Below, one piece after another: positions 10,612-17,996 of a stretch of DNA of 64,000 nt (positions are counted from its first letter, which is position 1; every line of letters starts with the position of its first letter). The translations under genes and the position numbers were made by a program. Below the pieces are notes generated by a model. That model was not told the DNA's origin and did no database searches. It worked only from the letters and a program-made list of their open reading frames with translations. Origin of the DNA: Patescibacteria group bacterium (GTDB lineage: Bacteria > Patescibacteriota > Patescibacteriia > Magasanikbacterales > UBA922); NCBI GenBank assembly GCA_018823045.1, contig JAHJIX010000002.1, positions 64,846-128,845 on the forward strand. Direction: 5' to 3'.

Positions 10612-11575
10612 GCAATCGACTCTTTAACCCTTTTTTATGCATGACCAAAAATAAATACGTCCAAATAGCCGTGCTATATACACTAAACAAACTACCAATT
10701 GCAGCAAATAATATCATGAGAATCATGGTTGATAAAAACAACCCAACTTCCCAAAATACCGCACTGCCTAACATAAAACTAATTGCCCAAATAAATGACA
10801 TTTCTACCACAAATAAACCAACCAACACAAGAGCGGCTGCCAAAATACCAAGATTTAACAATACGACAATAAGACCAACCTCAAGTGATACCACCCAATG
10901 ATCTTTTAATAATTTCCACGCAGATTTAATTGATTTTATATATGAATATTCTTCTACCACAACATAACCTGCCGCATAGACAAGTAATACTGACACCAAT
11001 AAACCAAGCGCAACACTAACAATAAATAAAGCACCCAAACCGACACCTGCAAAGACATTATTTGTTACGGCAAGCATATAGGCAAAAGCAGCAAGCAGTA
11101 CTGATAATAGAACCGTAACAACTTTTTTACTTACATTTAGTGCAAGCAATCGCCAAAAATGTGAAACACCTTTATACCACGCTTTATCTACTTTTACATG
11201 ATGAAATTTTCCAAGTTTCAGTGATTGAATAATGCCATCAATCAGTGCTCCTTGAGATGACACTGAAACAAACAACAGTCCCAAACCAGCAGAGATAAAA
11301 AAGAGTATTAACCATACCACCCAAATCCATCCATCAGCCCCTATATTGAGCGATGTAAACAACTGTACAATTGCATGCCACCAAGAAGAAGCATCACCTA
11401 CGACAGAATAAAATACTAATCGATCATCAGCAACAGAAATACTTGAAAGAAAATCAAGCAAACCCATTTGTCCTAAAAACAGACTAAATAATCCAAATAT
11501 CCATAATGCTGGATGATACCGCACCACACGCCATGCATGTGAAAGTGCTTTACGATATGTTGGATCCTTTTTCAT
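10589..11575 (-). CDS. hypothetical polytopic membrane protein
   Basis: 328 aa with at least 7 predicted TM helices. No recognisable motif. Overlaps the pilB start. Confidence 0.4.
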   Translation of the reverse strand: MKKDPTYRKALSHAWRVVRYHPALWIFGLFSLFLGQMGLLDFLSSISVADDRLVFYSVVGDASSWWHAIVQLFTSLNIGADGWIWVVWLILFFISAGLGLLFVSVSSQGALIDGIIQSLKLGKFHHVKVDKAWYKGVSHFWRLLALNVSKKVVTVLLSVLLAAFAYMLAVTNNVFAGVGLGALFIVSVALGLLVSVLLVYAAGYVVVEEYSYIKSIKSAWKLLKDHWVVSLEVGLIVVLLNLGILAAALVLVGLFVVEMSFIWAISFMLGSAVFWEVGLFLSTMILMILFAAIGSLFSVYSTAIWTYLFLVMHKKGLKSRLLGLFKKG

Positions 11576-11833
11576 AAAAAATACGTTAATAGATATTCCA
11601 CGCGTTTATATTAGTATACCATAAAATCAAAAAAGAGTGTATATACTACTATCCTCTTATATAAAATCATGCTACAATATACATATCTATAATCAATTAT
11701 TTCAATAAACAATTTTTCAAAAATACTTAGCAATCACAAAAAAAGCAACATAGACCTCTACTCAAAAAAATTTTATATATCCATACAATTATTCGACACA
11801 CTTTTTCTCGAACATAATTTTTAATTACACTCT

Positions 11834-12895
11834 ATGCTTCGTAAAACAAGTTTTCAAAAAATGCGCTCCATTTTCTTTTTTTCCTTACTTATCCTGTTGG
11901 GGGTACTTTCTCTTGTTATCATGCAACCATTTGCCTACCCAATTTTTTGGGCAGCAGTTATTGCGATTATGTTTCACCCTGTGTACAAATGGATTGATAA
12001 ACACATTAAACTCCCAGGCATTAGCTCTTCTATTACCGTTATTATTGTTGTGCTTGTCATATTCCTTCCACTAGTCCTCTTATCTGCATTACTTATTCGT
12101 CAATCGACAGACATTTACCAACAAGTCACAGCAGGTGACCTTACTCTTACGATAGAGCATGTTATGACACAATTATCAGAAAGTAAACTTGCGCCACTCT
12201 TTACTTTTTTTCAAAATGATTGGGCAAACTATGCAACAGAAGGAGCAAAACAAATTTCTTTGTTTATCTTTAATAATCTCAAAGTCATTACCCAAAATTC
12301 TTTCATGTTTCTCTTTCTCTCAGCAGCCATGCTCTATACCTTGTATTTTTTCTTAAAAGATGGAGAAAAAGTCTTACAAAAAATCATGTATTACTCCCCT
12401 CTTGGAAATGAATATGAACACATGCTCTACGAAAGATTTACATCAACATCCAGAGCTACACTAAAAAGCACCCTCATTCTAGGTGGTATACAAGGAACAC
12501 TTGGAGGACTACTTTTTTTAGTCACCGGAGTTGAAGGAGCCTTCATCTGGGGGGTTATCATGACCGTCCTTTCTGTTATCCCGGCACTTGGCTCTGTCAT
12601 TGTATGGCTCCCAGCAGGTATCATTATGCTTGCACTCGGCAATACTGCAGAAGGTCTGATTATTTTACTCTTTGGCTCAATTGTTATTAGCAATATCGAC
12701 AATGTCCTTCGTCCAATCATGGTCGGAAAAGATACACAACTACATCCACTCCTTGTACTCTTTTCAACCTTAGGAGGAATTTTCTTCTTTGGTGTTTCTG
12801 GATTTATTATCGGACCAATTGTTGTCTCTCTTTTCCTTGCAATCCTATCAATTTACGATCACCACTACGCAAAAGATCTTAAAAAGAATGTGTAA
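11834..12895 (+). CDS. putative AI-2E family (PerM/UPF0118-like) membrane transporter
   Basis: 353 aa, about 8 TM helices, glycine-rich middle region. The architecture is typical of AI-2E permeases. Confidence 0.45.
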   Translation: MLRKTSFQKMRSIFFFSLLILLGVLSLVIMQPFAYPIFWAAVIAIMFHPVYKWIDKHIKLPGISSSITVIIVVLVIFLPLVLLSALLIRQSTDIYQQVTAGDLTLTIEHVMTQLSESKLAPLFTFFQNDWANYATEGAKQISLFIFNNLKVITQNSFMFLFLSAAMLYTLYFFLKDGEKVLQKIMYYSPLGNEYEHMLYERFTSTSRATLKSTLILGGIQGTLGGLLFLVTGVEGAFIWGVIMTVLSVIPALGSVIVWLPAGIIMLALGNTAEGLIILLFGSIVISNIDNVLRPIMVGKDTQLHPLLVLFSTLGGIFFFGVSGFIIGPIVVSLFLAILSIYDHHYAKDLKKNV

Positions 12896-12901
12896 AATAA
12901 A

Positions 12902-12941
12902 AAAGTATCGGATAGCTCATGTTTTACTACTATCCGATATT
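12902..12941. repeat. hairpin repeat copy 1 (AAAGTATCGGATAG-loop-CTATCCGATATT)
   Basis: 10-11 bp perfect stem TATCGGATAG/CTATCCGATA. A near-identical unit recurs at 13942..13981. Also acts as a terminator-like structure after the AI-2E gene. Confidence 0.6.
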
Positions 12942-12977
12942 TTAAAGTAACGATAAACAAAAAGAGATGATGTATTA

Positions 12978-13961
12978 TCATCTCTTTTTACTTTTTTGAT
13001 CAATATATTTTTCCACAGCCTCTTTTGTACTTAACCAATTTCTTTCCTTTTTTATGGCATGTAATATTCCTTTTCTGGCAAGTAAACTTAAATATTCTTG
13101 TGAATAAGGAACCATCTTACTTAATTCACTTAATGTTATATATTCATTTTTCATATAAGCCGTCTTTGGATCAACATGTTCTACAGCCTCTAAATATAAA
13201 CCAAGAGAACGATCTATTGCCTGTGCCACAAATAATACAAACGGCGCTAAATCTCCCTTATTTGCTTTGTTTAATACATCATAATATTTTTTTCTATCTT
13301 GTTTTAAAATTATTGCTGGTGGATACCCCATCTGCATTAAAATTAAATTCATAAAAAGTCGAGCTGTACGTCCATTTCCATCTACAAAAGGATGAATAGC
13401 CACTAACTTATAATGTGCCAAAGCAGAAAACTCTATAACACTCATGTTATTTTTTGATGTATTTAACCACTCAAAATACTCACTCATTAGTTTGGGTACC
13501 GAAATTGGATTTGGAAGTACAATATTTGCACCAAGTATTCTTACTCTGTGAATTCTATACCTCCCGGCAAACTCATCTTCTATATCTGAAAGAATAATAC
13601 CATGCAATGCCAATAATTGTTTTTCTGAAAACATTGCCTTTTTTAATACAAATTTTTCAAGTAATTCAATTGCTTTTTTATGATTTGTCGTCTCAATATG
13701 CTCTCTCAAAGTTTTTCCTTTCACGGTAATTCCTTCACGTAAAACAAGAGCTGTTTCTTTTAATGTTAACGTATTTCCCTCTATAGCATTGGAATTATAT
13801 GTCCATTCTATAATAAATTGCTCACGTAATTTACGTAAAATATCTTTTTGTAAGGGTCGAAAACTATCTAAATTCTTTTTTTTTTCTTCTATCCTGTTTA
13901 ATATTTTTTGATCTAATAACATATAATAAATGATTTTTTTTAAAGTATCGGATAGGGCCAT
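12978..13961 (-). CDS. Fic family protein (class II Fic with N-terminal inhibitory SxxxEG motif and C-terminal wHTH-like tail)
   Basis: Canonical Fic motif HPFVDGNGRTAR. Upstream inhibitory-helix motif SNAIEGN. Confidence 0.85.
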   Translation of the reverse strand: MALSDTLKKIIYYMLLDQKILNRIEEKKKNLDSFRPLQKDILRKLREQFIIEWTYNSNAIEGNTLTLKETALVLREGITVKGKTLREHIETTNHKKAIELLEKFVLKKAMFSEKQLLALHGIILSDIEDEFAGRYRIHRVRILGANIVLPNPISVPKLMSEYFEWLNTSKNNMSVIEFSALAHYKLVAIHPFVDGNGRTARLFMNLILMQMGYPPAIILKQDRKKYYDVLNKANKGDLAPFVLFVAQAIDRSLGLYLEAVEHVDPKTAYMKNEYITLSELSKMVPYSQEYLSLLARKGILHAIKKERNWLSTKEAVEKYIDQKSKKR

Positions 13962-13981
13962 TATAGCACCTATCCGATATT
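13942..13981. repeat. hairpin repeat copy 2, overlapping the Fic start codon
   Basis: GTATCGGATAGG-loop-CCTATCCGATAT. The Fic ATG (13959..13961) lies in the loop. Confidence 0.6.
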
Positions 13982-14181
13982 AAGTAAAGTATTTATAACA
14001 ATATAGAGTACATACACAAATTATTACAACAAAAAAGGCGACTTTAGGTCGTCTTTTTCATAACATTGCTAAACTCACGGCTTGCCACGAGATGGCGCTA
14101 CTGTTTTTATACTTAACTACGTAAAATCCACCATTCAGTCAAATTACATAGTATGTCATATATGGCTTGCGCCATTTTACG

Positions 14182-14268
14182 TGGTGCCGCGGGCGGGATT
14201 TGAACCCGCGCGGTATTTCTACCAAGGGATTTTAAGTCCCTCGTGTCTACCAACTCCACCACCGCGGC
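14182..14268 (-). tRNA. tRNA-Leu (anticodon UAA), type II with long variable arm, CCA encoded
   Basis: Manual fold: acceptor GCCGCGG/CCGCGGC, anticodon loop CUUAAAA, variable-arm stem GGTA/TACC, T-loop TTCAAAT. Confidence 0.8.
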
Positions 14269-14423
14269 GTATATCTACTAAATTACGGAGATAATATATC
14301 ATATACACAAAATAAAATCAAGTGCATATATATACAATACAACACCAATACGCACATGAAAAAAAACAAATATGGAATAGTAAAGTGCTGTTCTCACGTA
14401 TATGAGAGCAGCACTTTTTTGTG

Positions 14424-14675
14424 TCAATATACATGAATAAGCCACCCGTAAATACGTAATTTCAATACTGCTTCTAATATGTTTAATCGTTTCACAGGAT
14501 GACCAACCCAAAAATTTTTTTTATACTCTGGGATATCAATACAACTATAAAAAGACAAATACCCATGAAAGACATATGGGTCACACACAGTACAACCATA
14601 ATATGTTAAATATTCAATAAGCTGATCAATACAAGGCTGTTCCATGTATGGATATCGGTAAATGAAAATATCCAT
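14424..14675 (-). CDS. small hypothetical protein (83 aa), paralog A of a tandem pair
   Basis: Strong RBS AAGGAGGTG 7 nt upstream of the ATG. About 45% identity to the ORF at 14862..15113 (shared MDIF.Y, YL.YY.C, GYL.F, DIP, IL.L.LRI.GW.I.VY). Confidence 0.6.
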   Translation of the reverse strand: MDIFIYRYPYMEQPCIDQLIEYLTYYGCTVCDPYVFHGYLSFYSCIDIPEYKKNFWVGHPVKRLNILEAVLKLRIYGWLIHVY

Positions 14676-14761
14676 GTACACCTCCTTTCTATTACCGTAG
14701 CATATTTTACTAGATTTGACAAAATATCTCTTTTTTCTCTTTAGTATTTTCAATCACTTAT

Positions 14762-14820
14762 TTTTACCAATCCAACGTCCCCCCAACCTGATACTCCGTT
14801 ACTCTCGTCTCAAAAAAATC
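14762..14820. repeat. direct repeat: duplicated copy of the nrdB 3' end (last 13 codons plus stop plus downstream)
   Basis: About 60 bp near-identical to 17937..17996. Reverse-translates to RVTEYQVGGTLDW*. Confidence 0.75.
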
Positions 14821-14861
14821 ATACAGTGCTGGATTCTCATGTGGAATCCAGCACTTTTTGC

Positions 14862-15113
14862 TTAATATACATAAATACGCCACCCTTGAATTCGTAATTG
14901 TAAAATAATCTCTAATATTGTTACTCGTATTGCTCCACTTTTCCCCAGATACATTGAATGATGTACGGGAATATCCACTGGAACATGAAATGTTAAATAG
15001 CCCTCAAAAATATCAGGATTTAACACATCGCAATTATAATATTTCAAATATTGAATCAAGACCCTCCTATACTGTTTTGATGTGTATCCATGCACATAGA
15101 CAAATATATCCAT
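14862..15113 (-). CDS. small hypothetical protein (83 aa), paralog B
   Basis: RBS AAGGAGGTG. Paralogous to 14424..14675. Confidence 0.6.
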   Translation of the reverse strand: MDIFVYVHGYTSKQYRRVLIQYLKYYNCDVLNPDIFEGYLTFHVPVDIPVHHSMYLGKSGAIRVTILEIILQLRIQGWRIYVY

Positions 15114-15354
15114 GCAGCACCTCCTTTTTATTACCGTATCATATTATATGATTTTCCCCAAATATTCTATTGACAAATTTCAATATATGTGATTAACTAC
15201 GCTGTTGTCCTATTATCTATACTATTGAATCTATTTTACACTGTAGAATATACTCAATAGTGTAGATGCCCATAACAGGGCTCTACGCTTTTCTTTGCTG
15301 AGGTCACATGACCTTAGCATGGTTTCTTTAAGCACATCACGATGGAGGAAAATC

Positions 15355-16050
15355 GTGAAATACGCCTTTGCCATCTTTTTGATGGCTCTCAACATTGGAT
15401 ATGCTCAGGCGCAACAGCCAACGAGCATACCCAAAGACAATCCTGAGCTTCTAGATAAGCTCATGAACATCCACAATGAATTGCTTAATCAACCCCCCAT
15501 TGGGAACAATTATGTTCCTCAAGACTTCCCGTCGCCGTTTTGTCGGCAATTCCATAGGATGTTCATGTCCTACATGGAGACCCGAACAAGCAAACTGCCA
15601 CAGGAGACCCAACTCCGTAACCGCGCGATGGGAGCGCGACGGATCCCTGCACCATTCACGGTCCCAGCAGATATATGGGAGCAATACATTGAGTGCCTTC
15701 CATATAAGAGCGCCCCACTTAAAATCAAGAATACCAAAATGGCAGGAGAAGGATCTAAAGAAAATAAACTTAGAATCCACCTCCGTGCACAACAAGTAGA
15801 AATAGTAAAAACTTTCCGCCATGTTCTTGATGATGCCTGGAGCTATCCAGAAATCAAATACCCCTCTGAAGAATGCAGAAATGTGATAATCCTACTCAGG
15901 ACAAACGCAAAATTGACTGCATATATAGCAGAGAACTTAGAGTCAAAAGTCACTTCTGACCCAAGAAAAATCCCACCATTACCACTGACACTATTGTCTC
16001 CGAAACAATGGGAAGTGTATATTAGCTGTCTGCCCCAAATTAAGCAGTAG
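15355..16050 (+). CDS. secreted hypothetical protein with two W-E-x-Y-I-x-C-L-P motifs
   Basis: GTG start preceded by GGAGG. Signal peptide VKYAFAIFLMALNIGYAQA. GC content clearly above the genome background. The ORF track extends the frame back to 15295. Confidence 0.5.
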   Translation: MKYAFAIFLMALNIGYAQAQQPTSIPKDNPELLDKLMNIHNELLNQPPIGNNYVPQDFPSPFCRQFHRMFMSYMETRTSKLPQETQLRNRAMGARRIPAPFTVPADIWEQYIECLPYKSAPLKIKNTKMAGEGSKENKLRIHLRAQQVEIVKTFRHVLDDAWSYPEIKYPSEECRNVIILLRTNAKLTAYIAENLESKVTSDPRKIPPLPLTLLSPKQWEVYISCLPQIKQ

Positions 16051-16109
16051 CAATCCCCTCCTAAATAGCCCACCACGACAAACCCTCCAAAAGAAACCGC
16101 GCCCACCCA

Positions 16110-16137
16110 GAGCAACGCCCCGCGTTGCTCTTTTCAA
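16110..16137 (+). terminator. rho-independent terminator
   Basis: GAGCAACGC-ccc-GCGTTGCTC perfect 9-bp stem followed by TTTTCAATTTT. Confidence 0.7.
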
Positions 16138-16190
16138 TTTTAAAATTTGGCTTAATCTAGCAAAATATTAAATATTAGTGGGTAGGGGGC

Positions 16191-16219
16191 TTGACAAAAT
16201 GGTCAAAACGTGCTATAAT
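16191..16219 (+). promoter_or_regulatory. perfect sigma70 consensus promoter (TTGACA-17 nt-TATAAT)
   Basis: ttgacaaaatggtcaaaacgtgctataat read directly from the sequence. Confidence 0.7.
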
Positions 16220-16365
16220 GAATCGTTTTTTAAAATAAAGAGATATGCACATTGCTGCATCTGTACTGAAAAAGACAATACAGATGCAGTAGCGTGGATT
16301 CCATGCTCGACAACTGGGGCAACTTTGCCCCCACCAATTCCCCATTATGGGGAAGGAGAAAAGGT

Positions 16366-16803
16366 ATGCGTTTCATCGCTATCCTCATCCTCACCGCCAT
16401 CATCCCCGCCATCGCCGCCATCGCCGCGCCCGCCACCCCCGTCCTCGCCGCGCCCGCCACCCCCGTGGCGCCCGCGCCCGCCACCCCCGTGGTGGTCACG
16501 ACCGAGAAGGAGGTCAACTTCATCACCCCGATGAACCTGTCCCGCCGCTCGGTTATGGAAGAGAGGCAGCACTGTCACAAGGTGCTGACCTCACTCACCG
16601 CCCTCGAACGGGCTGAAAAGCACGGAGCCAGGGCCTACACCTTGGCCCGTGCCAAGACCCGAAAGGCCCTCTGCCCCGAGAGGAAGAGGGAGTGCATTGA
16701 GGAGCACCAATTGATCCTCACCCGCAAGTGGTATCCCCACTGGGACCACACGGCACCAATCAAGGATTGGTGCCAGAAGGTGCTGAGGATCAACCGGGGA
16801 TAA
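16366..16803 (+). CDS. small secreted protein with PATPV repeats and a C-terminal 4-Cys domain, in a strongly GC-rich segment
   Basis: RBS AAGGAG 8 nt upstream. Signal peptide MRFIAILILTAIIPAIAAIAA, then (A)PATPV x3. About 60-65% GC versus about 35% background. Alternative overlapping frames on both strands appear to be GC artefacts. Confidence 0.55.
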   Translation: MRFIAILILTAIIPAIAAIAAPATPVLAAPATPVAPAPATPVVVTTEKEVNFITPMNLSRRSVMEERQHCHKVLTSLTALERAEKHGARAYTLARAKTRKALCPERKRECIEEHQLILTRKWYPHWDHTAPIKDWCQKVLRINRG

Positions 16804-16921
16804 GTACTGCTCATTTGCGGTACCTTTCCCCACACACCCGGCGAGCGAATGCCTGAAAAACTTTCGCTCGCCCACTTTACTATCATTTTAAACTTCATTA
16901 AAGTGACAGAAGAGTCGCAAC

Positions 16922-16956
16922 AAAAAACATCCCGACTAAGTCGGGATGTTTTTTTG
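16922..16956. terminator. bidirectional terminator
   Basis: CATCCCGAC-taa-GTCGGGATG flanked by A6 and T7 runs. Confidence 0.7.
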
Positions 16957-16964
16957 TACGATTA

Positions 16965-17897
16965 TTATTCACTATCAATCAGCGCGTACCCTTCAATCAC
17001 AGCATCAAGAAAAAATTCTTCAAGTGCTAAATAATCTCCTTTTATTTGCGCCTTTTTTAAATATTCATAATATTTCCTTTTCTTTTCTTGACGAATAATC
17101 GCTGGAGGAAAATCGGCTTCAAGCAACATACCAACCATCAATAAACGACCAATTCTGCCATTTCCATCTGAAAAAGGATGGATCTTTTCAAAATCAGCGT
17201 GAAAACGAGGAATAAATGACAAAATATCTTTTTTCTTTTCCTTAAACAAACCCTTTATTAATTCTGGAACTTTCAAATAATTTGCTGTTACCACCCCAGA
17301 ACCAACAATCCTTACACCATGATTTCGATAACACCCTGCATTATCGAGTATACTATTCATAAGAATTTGATGTAATGACAACATTGTTTTTTCATTTATT
17401 TTTTCCTTTTTACTCACATGTTCAAATACCCTCAAAAAAGCAGCCTGATGATTTTTGGCTTCCATGTGCTCACGCATACTTTTGTTTTTCACCGTTACTC
17501 CATCAAACAAAATTTGAGCAGTATCCTTTACTGTCAGTGTTGACCCTTCAATACTATTACTATTGTATGTCAAAGATAAAACAAATTCATCAAATAAATC
17601 TTTTCTCTTCTTGAGTAATGGGACTATTCCCTTATGCTGTTTTTGCTTTTCCAAAACAATATTTCTTTTCTCTTCTAAAAGATTTTTTCCACTTTTCTTG
17701 ACTCCTGTATATTTTGTATACAATTCATTAATAATTTTTTTATTTGATTCTCTTGGCTCTTTTTTGCGATAAAGCCAATTATTAAGAGTAACAAAAGATA
17801 CTCCAAGCTCACGCGCAAGTGATTCTTGAGTTTTATTAAAATTTTTGAGAAGAATTGTTAATTTTTTATCATAACTCATATATTCAAAGCATATCAA
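16965..17897 (-). CDS. HTH-Fic protein (N-terminal XRE-type HTH plus Fic domain)
   Basis: Fic motif HPFSDGNGRIGR. Inhibitory motif SNSIEGS. N-terminal LARELGVSFVTLNNWL helix-turn-helix. Confidence 0.85.
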   Translation of the reverse strand: MICFEYMSYDKKLTILLKNFNKTQESLARELGVSFVTLNNWLYRKKEPRESNKKIINELYTKYTGVKKSGKNLLEEKRNIVLEKQKQHKGIVPLLKKRKDLFDEFVLSLTYNSNSIEGSTLTVKDTAQILFDGVTVKNKSMREHMEAKNHQAAFLRVFEHVSKKEKINEKTMLSLHQILMNSILDNAGCYRNHGVRIVGSGVVTANYLKVPELIKGLFKEKKKDILSFIPRFHADFEKIHPFSDGNGRIGRLLMVGMLLEADFPPAIIRQEKKRKYYEYLKKAQIKGDYLALEEFFLDAVIEGYALIDSE

Positions 17898-17940
17898 AGT
17901 TTATAAACTTTGTCAATAGAGCAGCAGTTTATAAACTTTT
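17893..17940. promoter_or_regulatory. two palindromic operator-like sites upstream of HTH-Fic
   Basis: CAAAGTTTATAAACTTTG (18-bp perfect palindrome) and AGTTTATAAACT 16 nt apart, lying between the fic start and the nrdB stop. Confidence 0.45.
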
Positions 17941-17996
17941 ACCAATCCAACGTCCCCCCAACCTGATACTCCGTTACTCTTGTTTCAAAGAAATTC
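17937..17996. repeat. direct repeat copy at the authentic nrdB 3' end
   Basis: Matches 14762..14820. Confidence 0.75.

Noticed and set aside
10182-10901. 239-aa plus-strand ORF antisense to pilB and the upstream membrane protein
   Set aside because: It is fully embedded antisense within two well-supported minus-strand genes and has low-complexity Leu-rich composition typical of antisense frames of membrane-protein genes.
16380-16500. PATPV / CCCGCCACCCCCGT tandem nucleotide repeats as a possible CRISPR or VNTR array
   Set aside because: There are only about three short imperfect units with no unique spacers between them. They are simply codon-level repeats encoding a Pro/Ala/Thr linker.
16178-16616. 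Several long overlapping ORFs on both strands in the GC-rich segment (Pro/Ser-rich 118 aa, Arg/His-rich 89 aa, Gly/Asp-rich 77 aa, Ala/Gly-rich 98 aa)
   Set aside because: High-GC DNA yields long open frames in all phases. Only the frame starting at 16366 has an RBS, a signal peptide and a sensible stop plus terminator context, so the others are treated as frame artefacts.
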